A DNA stretch of 64,000 bases from the NCBI GenBank assembly GCA_050730855.1, contig JBOHNU010000002.1:23820-87819 (forward strand), read 5' to 3'. The stretch is from Candidatus Saccharimonadales bacterium. Lineage in GTDB: Bacteria; Patescibacteriota; Saccharimonadia; Saccharimonadales; UBA4665. Positions 36,241 to 44,398 of the stretch are shown here, piece after piece. Position numbers and translations under genes: made by a program. Every line of letters begins with the position of its first letter. Positions within the stretch are counted from its first letter, which is position 1. The notes beneath the pieces were generated by a model, which did no database searches, was not told where the DNA came from, and saw only the letters and a program-made list of their open reading frames with translations.

Positions 36241-36519
36241 ATGACTACTGCAGAGCAGATTCTCGTAGTTTTTTTGTCAACAGCATTGGCCGTTTTTCTG
36301 GTTATTGCAATCATTGCCGGCATACAAACCATCAGACTTCTTAGGACATTACAAAACGTGGCCACAAAAGCCGAGAGCTTCGTTACTTCCGCCGAGGCGG
36401 TTGGTCAGGTTGTAAAACAAACAGTTGGCGCGCTCAGCCTGTCGCGGTTCGCCAAAGGCGTTGTAAACTTTGTACACAATAAACAGCAAGACGAGCGAAA
36501 AGGAGGCGACAAACAATGA
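36241..36519 (+). CDS. small membrane protein (92 aa)
   Basis: ATG 36241 lies 7 nt after TATAGT (36228-36233). One TM helix. Co-oriented with, and overlapping, the YtxH-like gene. Confidence 0.4.
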   Translation: MTTAEQILVVFLSTALAVFLVIAIIAGIQTIRLLRTLQNVATKAESFVTSAEAVGQVVKQTVGALSLSRFAKGVVNFVHNKQQDERKGGDKQ

Positions 36520-36920
36520 AAGACTCAACTAAAAAAGTAGCGTTCGGTGCAATTATAGCCGGCGCTGTCGGGTATGTAGCCGGGATTTTAACCGCTCCGA
36601 AGAGCGGCAAAGAAACCCGCGAGGATATAAAAAATAAGGCAGGTCAGTTGCTGGCCGAGGCCGAAAAGCGGCTAAAACAGCTCCATACCGAACTCAGCGC
36701 GTTGCTTGGCCAGGCAAAAACCGCAGCCGGCAAGCTGCAGGGCAAGGCGCGCACCGAGCTGGAGAAAGCTATGGTCTCCGCCGCCGCCGCCAAAGAAAAG
36801 GCTCGCGATCTGCTCAGCGCCGCCCATGAAGGCACCGCCGAAGACAAAGACCTCGACAAAGCTATTAAAGAGGCCGCCAAAGCCGCAGGCCACCTCAAAG
36901 AGTATCTAAAGAAAAAATAG
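36516..36920 (+). CDS. YtxH-domain protein
   Basis: GAIIAGAVGYVAGILTAPKSGKETREDIKNKA is the YtxH signature. The remainder is helical and Ala/Lys-rich. Confidence 0.7.
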   Translation: MKDSTKKVAFGAIIAGAVGYVAGILTAPKSGKETREDIKNKAGQLLAEAEKRLKQLHTELSALLGQAKTAAGKLQGKARTELEKAMVSAAAAKEKARDLLSAAHEGTAEDKDLDKAIKEAAKAAGHLKEYLKKK

Positions 36921-36992
36921 CTCTACGTGTTGTAAAAGAAGCGCTCCCGATTGGGCGCGCTTTTTCGTATACTATTTAGATACGGAGGAGAC

Positions 36993-39900
36993 ATGGGAGC
37001 ACGAGCGCTCAAGCCCGCAGATTTTGTGCATCTGCACAACCACACCCAATACAGTTTGCTCGACGGGCTGACCAAAGTGCCGGCGCTTATGGATTATGTA
37101 AAATCTGCAGGCATGAGCGCCGTATCCCAAACCGACCACGGCACGCTCAGCGGTGCAATCGAGTTTTACAAAGAGGCCAAGGCCAAGGGGGTCAAGCCAA
37201 TCATCGGCATGGAAGCCTATGTCGCCTCGCGTACTATCGCCGACAAAGACGCGTCCAAGGACAAGCAGTATTACCACCTCATTCTACTGGCCATGAATAA
37301 CCAAGGTTACCGCAACCTCATGCGGCTGAGCACCATCGCCAACCTGGAGGGTTTTTACTACAAACCCCGCATCGATCATATTTTGCTCGAAAAGTATAAC
37401 GAAGGAATTATTGTTCTAAGCGGCTGCATTGGCGGCGAAGTGGGCGACTCTATTCGCCAGGGTCAGTACGACAAAGCCGCCGAGACCGCTCAGTGGTACA
37501 AGCGCATCTTTGGTGACCGCTACTACATCGAGCTACAGGATCACGGCCACCCCGAGCATCCCAGCAAGTGGGATGAGCAAGTGCGAGTGAACGAGCAGCT
37601 CATAAAACTGGCCAAAGAACTGGAAATCCCGCCGGTGGTCACAAGCGATGCGCATTATTTGGCGCACGACGACCAAGCCGCGCACGAGATTTTGCTGTGC
37701 GTGCAGACCGGCTCGTTTATGAGCGACGAAAAGCGCATGAGCCTGGCCGACTTTGAGCTGCATGTCGCCGACCCCAAGGACATCATCGCCCGGTGGAGGG
37801 AGTTTTGCCCGGAGGCGGTGAGCAACACCAAAAAGATAGCCGACCGCTGCAGCATAGAGATTGAACTTGGGAAAATCCTAATCCCGCAGTTCCCGGTGCC
37901 AGATGGCGAAGACGAAAAATCGTATCTGCATAAATTAGTTTGGCAAGGGCTGGCCTGGCGCTACAGCGGTATTTCCGTTGACCAGCGTGACATAATTGCC
38001 GTGGATAAAGCGCGCAAGTTGCTCGCCCCCGAGTTGGTCGAGCGAGCCGAGTACGAGCTGGGCGTGATGGACGATATGGGCTACAACGGCTACTTTCTAA
38101 TCGTTCAGGATTTTATTAACTGGGGCAAAGACCAGGGTGTGATTTTTGGGCCGGGTCGTGGCAGCGCGGCTGGTTCGATTGTGTCCTACGCAATTCGTAT
38201 TACCGAAACTGACCCGATGGAATATAACTTAATGTTTGAGCGTTTTTTAAACCCGCACCGTATCTCTATGCCGGATATCGACATCGACATCCAGGACACC
38301 CGCCGCGACGAAGTTATCCAGTACTGCGTGCAAAAATACGGCAGCGACCGCGTGGCCAATATCGTAACTTTTGGCCGTATGGCAGCGCGCAACGCCGTGC
38401 GCGATGTGGCGCGCGTGTTGCAAATCCCCTACGCCGAGGCCGACCGCTGGGCCAAGATGATCCCGCAGCCCATACAGGGTCGGCACATTCCGCTGGCAAA
38501 ATCTGTTAAAGACGACGCCGACCTTAAGCGCGAGTACGAGACCAACGAATCTGCCAAGCAGGTGTTTGACTTGGCCATGCAGCTGGAGGGGACGATCCGT
38601 TCGCATGGCGTGCATGCTGCGGGTGTGGTGATTGCGCCCGACGACATTGTTAATTTCGCACCGCTGGAAATGGCGCAAAAAGGCGTGATTGCCACGCAGT
38701 ATCCCATGGGTCCCATCGAGGAACTCGGTTTGTTAAAGATGGACTTTCTAGGGCTGTCTAACCTGACTATCCTTAAGAACGCTCTTAGAATTATCCGCCG
38801 GGTTTACGACAAAGAAATTGAACTGGGCGAAATCCCTAACGACGATCACAAAACATTCGCATTGTTCCGTGGCGGCGACACCACCGGCGTATTCCAGTTT
38901 GAATCTGCCGGCATGAAGCGTTACCTGAAAGAGCTGAAGCCGACCGAGTTTAGCGACCTGGTAGCCATGAACGCCCTGTACCGGCCGGGTCCCATGCAGG
39001 AAATTCCGCGGTTTATCGAGGGTAAGAATAGTTCGGGCGCGGTTAATTATTTGCACAAATCGCTGGAGCCGATTTTGCGCGATACCTACGGAGTTATGGT
39101 GTATCAGGAGCAGATTATTCAGCTGCTGCAGCTGGTGGCGGGCTACGGCGCGGGTGAGGCCGATTTGGTTCGCAAAGCGATCGGCAAAAAAAAGCGTGAC
39201 ATCATGCAGGCTGAAGAGCCGAAGTTTATTAAAGGTTGCGTAAAGCAGGGGCTAACCGAGGCGCAGGCCAAGCAGCTCTGGGCGCAAATCCAGCCGTTCG
39301 CCGACTACTCGTTTAACAAGGCGCATGCGACCTGCTATGCTCAAATTGCCTACTGGACAGCGTACTTAAAAGCGCATTACCCGGCGGCGTTTATGGCGGC
39401 GCTGATGACCAGCGACTACGACGACACCGACCGCCTAGCGATTGAAATTACTGAGTGCCAGCACATGGGTATAGATGTGCTGCCGCCGGATGTAAACGAG
39501 TCGTTTGTGGAGTTTGCTGTAGTGCCTAAGACCAATCAAATTCGCTTCGGCATGAGCGCTATAAAAAACGTCGGCACCGGTGCGGTAGAAGAAATCCTGC
39601 GCGCCCGTGCCGCAGACCAAGGCTTTGCCAGCCTCGAGGATTTTTTGGGCAAGGTAAGTCCGCGCATCGTCAACCGCAAGGCTATGGAAAGTTTGGTTAA
39701 AGCCGGCGCTTTTGACCGGTATGGCGACCGTTCTCAGTTGCTGCACAACCTGGACGTTATGCTGGCCTACGGCAATCGCCTGCAGAAAGAGGCGCTAAGC
39801 GGCCAGGTGGACTTGTTCGGCGCGTTGGGTGACGACAGCATAGCGCACCGGCCGCAGCTCACGCTGGAAAAAGCGGCGGAGGTGTTTACTCCGCGCGACC

Positions 39901-40619
39901 AGCTATTGTGGGAGCGTGAGCTGCTGGGGCTGTACCTCAGCCAGCATCCGCTAACCATGTTTGCCGACTTTCTGGGCGAGCAGACGCACCCTATTAACCA
40001 GCTAAAGCCCGAGCACGATAATAGGGCGGTGGTGGTTGGCGGCGCTATCGTCGACATGCGCGAAATTATTACCAAAAACGGCCAGAAAATGGCCTTTGTT
40101 AAACTGGAAGACCAGTCTGGCTCGCTGGAGCTGATTTTGTTCCCCGGTGTCTACCAGCAGACAGCAGGGTTGTGGGAGCGCGACCGGATTGTGCTGGCAC
40201 GCGGAAAGGTTTCGGCCAAAGACCGCGACGGCACCATTGGAACGGAGCTAAAAGTTCTGGTGGATGATGCGCGAGAGATAACCGCCGAGCAGGCAACCGG
40301 CTACACCCCGACCGGCAAAAAACAGAAGGTTCCTGGCACAAAGCGCTCTGCTGCGGCTGCGACTCGCCCGCAAGCAGTGAGTGCGCGGCCTAAAGACTCG
40401 CGCGTTTACGTTCGGCTAGCTGACGCGTCCGACCAGAAGGTGCTTCAAGGTCTAAAGCAAACCATAGACGCGCACCCCGGCGGCACTGAGGTAGTGCTGG
40501 TTCTGGGTAGCGGTACCGACAAACAAATCATCAAACTTCCCAGCAAGCTGCTGAATAATAGCGAAGCAATGGATAAATTGTACGAGCTTGCCGGTAAGGA
40601 AAACGTGAAACTCCAGTAG
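36993..40619 (+). CDS. dnaE: DNA polymerase III alpha subunit
   Basis: PHP domain (FVHLHNHTQYSLLDG), the pol III alpha core, and an OB fold. Start trimmed to ATG 36993, which follows GGAGGA. Confidence 0.95.
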   Translation: MGARALKPADFVHLHNHTQYSLLDGLTKVPALMDYVKSAGMSAVSQTDHGTLSGAIEFYKEAKAKGVKPIIGMEAYVASRTIADKDASKDKQYYHLILLAMNNQGYRNLMRLSTIANLEGFYYKPRIDHILLEKYNEGIIVLSGCIGGEVGDSIRQGQYDKAAETAQWYKRIFGDRYYIELQDHGHPEHPSKWDEQVRVNEQLIKLAKELEIPPVVTSDAHYLAHDDQAAHEILLCVQTGSFMSDEKRMSLADFELHVADPKDIIARWREFCPEAVSNTKKIADRCSIEIELGKILIPQFPVPDGEDEKSYLHKLVWQGLAWRYSGISVDQRDIIAVDKARKLLAPELVERAEYELGVMDDMGYNGYFLIVQDFINWGKDQGVIFGPGRGSAAGSIVSYAIRITETDPMEYNLMFERFLNPHRISMPDIDIDIQDTRRDEVIQYCVQKYGSDRVANIVTFGRMAARNAVRDVARVLQIPYAEADRWAKMIPQPIQGRHIPLAKSVKDDADLKREYETNESAKQVFDLAMQLEGTIRSHGVHAAGVVIAPDDIVNFAPLEMAQKGVIATQYPMGPIEELGLLKMDFLGLSNLTILKNALRIIRRVYDKEIELGEIPNDDHKTFALFRGGDTTGVFQFESAGMKRYLKELKPTEFSDLVAMNALYRPGPMQEIPRFIEGKNSSGAVNYLHKSLEPILRDTYGVMVYQEQIIQLLQLVAGYGAGEADLVRKAIGKKKRDIMQAEEPKFIKGCVKQGLTEAQAKQLWAQIQPFADYSFNKAHATCYAQIAYWTAYLKAHYPAAFMAALMTSDYDDTDRLAIEITECQHMGIDVLPPDVNESFVEFAVVPKTNQIRFGMSAIKNVGTGAVEEILRARAADQGFASLEDFLGKVSPRIVNRKAMESLVKAGAFDRYGDRSQLLHNLDVMLAYGNRLQKEALSGQVDLFGALGDDSIAHRPQLTLEKAAEVFTPRDQLLWERELLGLYLSQHPLTMFADFLGEQTHPINQLKPEHDNRAVVVGGAIVDMREIITKNGQKMAFVKLEDQSGSLELILFPGVYQQTAGLWERDRIVLARGKVSAKDRDGTIGTELKVLVDDAREITAEQATGYTPTGKKQKVPGTKRSAAAATRPQAVSARPKDSRVYVRLADASDQKVLQGLKQTIDAHPGGTEVVLVLGSGTDKQIIKLPSKLLNNSEAMDKLYELAGKENVKLQ

Positions 40620-40621
40620 CG

Positions 40622-40732
40622 GCCTGACCCCCCATACACTTTTTCCGGCACCTCGGAAGCGCCGAATGTGCTACACTTTGTAGCGCATTCGGTGACCCGC
40701 ACGTGTCCGGAAAAGTGCATGGGGGGTCAGGC
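40622..40732 (+). repeat. family-1 hairpin element, copy B (full form)
   Basis: Outer arms gcctgaccccccatacactttttccgg and ccggaaaagtgcatggggggtcaggc. Core GGCACCTCGG (40647-40656) and GACCCGCACGTGTCC (40694-40708). Apical 14-bp hairpin at 40662-40692. Starts 3 nt after the dnaE stop. Confidence 0.85.
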
Positions 40733-40740
40733 AACGACAT

Positions 40741-41748
40741 CTAGTGGATAGAGCCTGCTGTTCGCGTAAGTACAAAACCGACCACTCCCAGAAGTACCAG
40801 GGCAACATCCAGGAATTTATGTTTTAGGATAAACCGTTCGCCGCGCAGCAAAGCTCGATGCCAGACCAAGCTGTGGCGTAGGAAGACAATTGCGATTGCA
40901 ACTGTAGCCATTATGGTCACAACCAAGATTGTCCAGGGAGCCGCGGCCGCTGTGAGTAGCTGAATGCGCGCGACAGTTTGGCTGGCTGGTGCCATTTCTG
41001 AACTGTCGGCGACTACGATGTCTGGTGTTGGGGTTGGTTCTGACGGAGCTGGTTCTTCGGCTGGCGGTGCTTGTTCGGCCACTGGTGCGGGCTTTGGCGC
41101 TGGCTGCGAGTTTTTGGCCGGAGCGGCTGGCGCCGGGGCGCTGGCCGCGGCAACCTTTGGCGTGCCGTACATGGCTACAACCACAGTTTGCGGGCCGGTA
41201 TCTTGGTAGTTTTCGACGTTGGCAATCCCAAAGCCAACCTCTGCAAACTCACCGTTTAGTATGTTGGCGCGATGACCGGGGCTGTTCATCCAGGCAGTAA
41301 TTGTAGCGCTGCTGTCATCAAACCCGTAGGCCAAGTTTTCGCCGGCAGCGGTGTAGTCGTAGCCGGCACTGGCAAAGAACACCCACGGCGGGTTGCCTTC
41401 CGGAGTGTTGTGCGACCAATAATTGCGCGCGGCCATGTCGTTTGCCTTGGCTTGCGCGGCTTGGTTCAGCTTGCTGTTTGCGGCCAGAGCCTGCAGCCCG
41501 CCGCTCGACCGCTGACTGTTGGTGTCCGAAACCAGGCTGCTAACAGACATGTTAGTGGCATAGCCCAGAATAGTCTGCTGCACCACCCCCCAAAAGCCAT
41601 TGACCAGCAGACCCAGCCCAACAATAATCCCTAGCGGCAAATACGGCCAATACGGCTTGGAATAGTCGTTCGACTTCTTGTGGTGCCGCCCGTGTCGGCG
41701 CTTGTGGTGGATGGACGAAGGCCGTTTTGTTTTTGATACTAGAACCAT
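40741..41748 (-). CDS. CAP/SCP (YkwD-like) domain protein with N- and C-terminal TM segments and Pro/Ala-rich linker
   Basis: NYWSHNTPEG, GENLAYG and WMNSPGHRANIL are CAP-domain motifs. Start taken at ATG 41748 (MVLVSKTKRP), because the track start (TTG 41784) lies inside repeat D. Confidence 0.75.
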   Translation of the reverse strand: MVLVSKTKRPSSIHHKRRHGRHHKKSNDYSKPYWPYLPLGIIVGLGLLVNGFWGVVQQTILGYATNMSVSSLVSDTNSQRSSGGLQALAANSKLNQAAQAKANDMAARNYWSHNTPEGNPPWVFFASAGYDYTAAGENLAYGFDDSSATITAWMNSPGHRANILNGEFAEVGFGIANVENYQDTGPQTVVVAMYGTPKVAAASAPAPAAPAKNSQPAPKPAPVAEQAPPAEEPAPSEPTPTPDIVVADSSEMAPASQTVARIQLLTAAAAPWTILVVTIMATVAIAIVFLRHSLVWHRALLRGERFILKHKFLDVALVLLGVVGFVLTRTAGSIH

Positions 41749-41771
41749 CTTGATTTTTACTATAGCACAAA

Positions 41772-41932
41772 GAACCCATCTCAAACCTCCCCGCCGCTAC
41801 AAAACTATCTGGCGGAACCAGCTGTCAGTTTTGTTCGTCGGCGTAACGATAGTTACGCCTTCTCACAAGAACTAACAACTGGCACTCACCGGATAATTTT
41901 TCGCTATGACGGGGGAGGTTTGAGATGGGTTC
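41772..41932 (-). repeat. family-2 element, copy D (161 nt, 21-nt terminal inverted repeats)
   Basis: gaacccatctcaaacctcccc (41772-41792) pairs perfectly with ggggaggtttgagatgggttc (41912-41932). The 25-nt core at 41866-41890 is the exact reverse complement of 51763-51787. 8-bp apical hairpin at 41840-41859. Confidence 0.85.
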
Positions 41933-41954
41933 GTAGTGCTTTTGCTAAATATCA

Positions 41955-42062
41955 GACCCGCCCCACATCAACTCCCCAGGACACGTGCGGGTCACAAAAT
42001 GTGTTCTTATATAACACATTTTGTGCTTCCGAGGTGCCTAGGGAGTTGATGTGGGGCGGGTC
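41955..42062 (-). repeat. family-1 hairpin element, copy C (full form, inverted orientation)
   Basis: Perfect 22-bp outer stem (41955-41976 against 42041-42062). On the plus strand the core reads GGACACGTGCGGGTC (41979-41993) and CCGAGGTGCC (42029-42038). Perfect 12-bp apical hairpin at 41994-42024. Confidence 0.85.
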
Positions 42063-42073
42063 GACACCAACTT

Positions 42074-42580
42074 TTACTGAGTGAACCGGCAGTGGTATAA
42101 GGCCATGGCGGCGGCCTGTACGACGTTGTATGATTCTTTCTTGCCGAACATGGGGATTTCTAGCGACAGGTCGCAGGCGGCCAGTACTTCCTGCTCAACG
42201 CCCTCAACTTCGCGCCCTACCAATATGACTATTTTTTGCGGCGGGTGGTAGGTTGGCAGTTCGCGCGAGGCATCGGTTTGTTCCAGCGCGGCAACCGCGT
42301 AGCCTTGCTTTTTAAGATGGGCAATAACCGGCAGAATGTTCTGGTGGTATTTCCAGTTTTGGCTTAACTCCGCGCCCAGCGCCGTTTTCTGGATGAGCGC
42401 GGCTACCTTGGCCGCCTCGTGCGGCAGGCGGCGGTCGTTGGCATGCTCGGGGTGCGGTGTGTAGCCGCCTAGAATCACTTTGTCTACGCCCAAGCCGTCG
42501 GCCGTGCGCAGCAGCGACCCGACATTATGTGCACTGCGTAGGTTGTGTGCTACTAGGATTATACTTCGCATCGGGCTCAT
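42074..42580 (-). CDS. SpoU/TrmH-family RNA 2-prime-O-methyltransferase
   Basis: NLRSAHNVGSLLRTADGLGV and the C-terminal knot motifs (ILVGREVEGV, IPMFGKKESYNV). Start taken at ATG 42580. Confidence 0.8.
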   Translation of the reverse strand: MSPMRSIILVAHNLRSAHNVGSLLRTADGLGVDKVILGGYTPHPEHANDRRLPHEAAKVAALIQKTALGAELSQNWKYHQNILPVIAHLKKQGYAVAALEQTDASRELPTYHPPQKIVILVGREVEGVEQEVLAACDLSLEIPMFGKKESYNVVQAAAMALYHCRFTQ

Positions 42581-42598
42581 GGTGTATAGTATAGAATC

Positions 42599-43471
42599 AT
42601 GAAACCGCATTTGCGAGTCCGGCGCAGGCAAAAGAAGTCAAAACGGTGGATATTGTTGGCAGTGCTTGCGGCGGCTCTACTATTTGGCGGGTGGTGGTTT
42701 ACACTTCGCGGGGATACGTCGCCGCCGGGCAACGGTTCAACAAACCAAACAAGCGAGCAGTCGTCCCAGGCCGAAACCTCAAAGCCGCCGCAGGTGGACT
42801 TGCAGCCGGTGGTCGACCAATGGGTGGCGCGTCAGTCGGCGGAATACGGCATAGTTGTGTACGACCCGGCCAACGTCCAGGTAATTGCCGCGCACAACCC
42901 CGACGAAAAATACTTTGCCGCCAGCTTGTACAAAATATTTGTGGCCTACCTGGCTCTGGTTGATTTTCAGAATGGCGCGCAGAACCCGGAAGAAATCCTC
43001 ACCGGCGGCTTTACCCGCAAACAATGCGTGGATAAAATGATCCGCGAGTCGCACAGCCCGTGTGGTGAGGCCATGATGGCCAGCATGGGGCAGGAGGCGC
43101 TCCGCAAACGTGTCGTTGACATGGGCATAAAAAACACTGTTTTCGCTGGCATCACAACGACCGCCCGCGACACGGCGCTAATTTTGCAGTACATCGTGGA
43201 AGGCCGCGACCTGACGCCCGAAAACACGGCGTTTCTTAGGGATGCCATGCGCGTGCAAGACCAAAAGTTCCGGAACGGCCTGGCCAAGGGCGCACCCGAG
43301 GCGACCTGGGAAACCAAAGTCGGCTGGAACGAGCAGCAAAACTACCACGATATCGGCATTATGACTTTGCCGGGCGGCCGGCAATACGTGGTGGCTATCC
43401 TGAGTAAAGGGCAAGGTAAAAGCGCGCCCATCGCCGACTTCGCCGCCACTACTTACGATGCGCTGGAATAA
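42599..43471 (+). CDS. serine hydrolase, class A beta-lactamase-like, membrane anchored
   Basis: FAASLYK (SxxK) and a later KVGW (KTG-like) motif. N-terminal TM helix. Confidence 0.6.
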   Translation: MKPHLRVRRRQKKSKRWILLAVLAAALLFGGWWFTLRGDTSPPGNGSTNQTSEQSSQAETSKPPQVDLQPVVDQWVARQSAEYGIVVYDPANVQVIAAHNPDEKYFAASLYKIFVAYLALVDFQNGAQNPEEILTGGFTRKQCVDKMIRESHSPCGEAMMASMGQEALRKRVVDMGIKNTVFAGITTTARDTALILQYIVEGRDLTPENTAFLRDAMRVQDQKFRNGLAKGAPEATWETKVGWNEQQNYHDIGIMTLPGGRQYVVAILSKGQGKSAPIADFAATTYDALE

Positions 43472-43475
43472 CAAG

Positions 43476-44303
43476 TTACCAGAGCGGCAGGCCGTACTTT
43501 TGCACTAGATGTTTAAAACCCTGGGCTTTTTCGGCCAGCCGGTTTGTTCTTACCTGAACGGCGTGGTGCTTTACTACCACCGCCGGGTCGAAGCGCCGGA
43601 TTAGACTCAACCGCTCGAGACTGCGTGCTAAATCTTGTGCTTCGTGGTAGCGCAGTGTGCTGTCGAAGCCGCTAATTTTTGCGAAAGTGTCGTAAGGGAT
43701 GAAGAAATTAGCTTCGGCTAAACAAAAGACATCGCGCGCTTGCGCTGGTTCGGTTATATCCGGCCAGCCGGTCAGAAAAAACTGGAATGCACGCCGCAGC
43801 CGCCTAGCTCTTTTGGGACTATGGGTCGCGATGGCGGCGATAGCTCTTTGAATTCGCGTGGCCAGGCCGTACAAGCGCGACATGTGCGGACTAAAGTTAG
43901 AGGGGTACTTCGAGCCGTTGGCGTTTAAAATAAGCCCGCCGACGGCGCCAAGCACCGGGTTGTCGGCGAACAAGCGCCGTGCAGTTGCCGGTATGTCCTT
44001 GGTTACGAGCGTGCAGTCTGCATCTATAAAATGGAGGATTGCTCCTCGCAATTCGCTCGCCGGGGCTTCGAGAATCCGATTGCGATTGGAGCCGGCGCCC
44101 ACATTCTGTTTGCCGGAAATAAGTTTTACGGCCTTGCCGAAGGGCTTAATGATGTCTTCTATGCGGCAATTTTTAGAATTATCGTCGAGCACGTACACCT
44201 GGCTGTATCCTTGGGATAAAACCTGACCGAGGAGTCGCTTGAGCGTATCGGGCATATTGTAGTGCGGTATGGCGGCAATCACTGATCTTGGCAGTTTGGG
44301 CAT
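43476..44303 (-). CDS. family 2 glycosyltransferase
   Basis: AAIPHYNMPDTLKRLL...VYVLDDNS and a later DAD motif. Confidence 0.75.
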   Translation of the reverse strand: MPKLPRSVIAAIPHYNMPDTLKRLLGQVLSQGYSQVYVLDDNSKNCRIEDIIKPFGKAVKLISGKQNVGAGSNRNRILEAPASELRGAILHFIDADCTLVTKDIPATARRLFADNPVLGAVGGLILNANGSKYPSNFSPHMSRLYGLATRIQRAIAAIATHSPKRARRLRRAFQFFLTGWPDITEPAQARDVFCLAEANFFIPYDTFAKISGFDSTLRYHEAQDLARSLERLSLIRRFDPAVVVKHHAVQVRTNRLAEKAQGFKHLVQKYGLPLW

Positions 44304-44398
44304 GACACGGGTCTCCTAGCTGTCGCTATTATAACAGAAAACGAGCGGCACGTCGACGCGCATTCCGCTAGTGCTAGCGATGCGCTATAATGCCTACC

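Noticed and set aside
40445-40740. Track ORFs 40445..40720 and 40531..40740 (minus strand) spanning element B and the dnaE 3-prime end.
   Set aside because: They are created by the palindromic repeat and the antisense strand of dnaE. No start context and no motifs.
41552-41779. A 75-aa ORF starting at the SD-ATG of the terminal repeat of element D and overlapping the CAP gene out of frame.
   Set aside because: Its sequence is low-complexity Ala/Gly-rich and entirely overlaps a gene with clear CAP-domain motifs. I treat it as a possible regulatory upstream ORF (see findings), not as a protein-coding gene.
44367-44378. GCTAGTGCTAGC near-palindrome upstream of the pilB-like gene, considered as a second CIRCE site.
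   Set aside because: Only the right half-site 9-mer is shared. The best left-half candidate (GGCACGTC) has an insertion and a 15-nt spacer instead of 9 nt. It is mentioned in a finding but not called as an operator.
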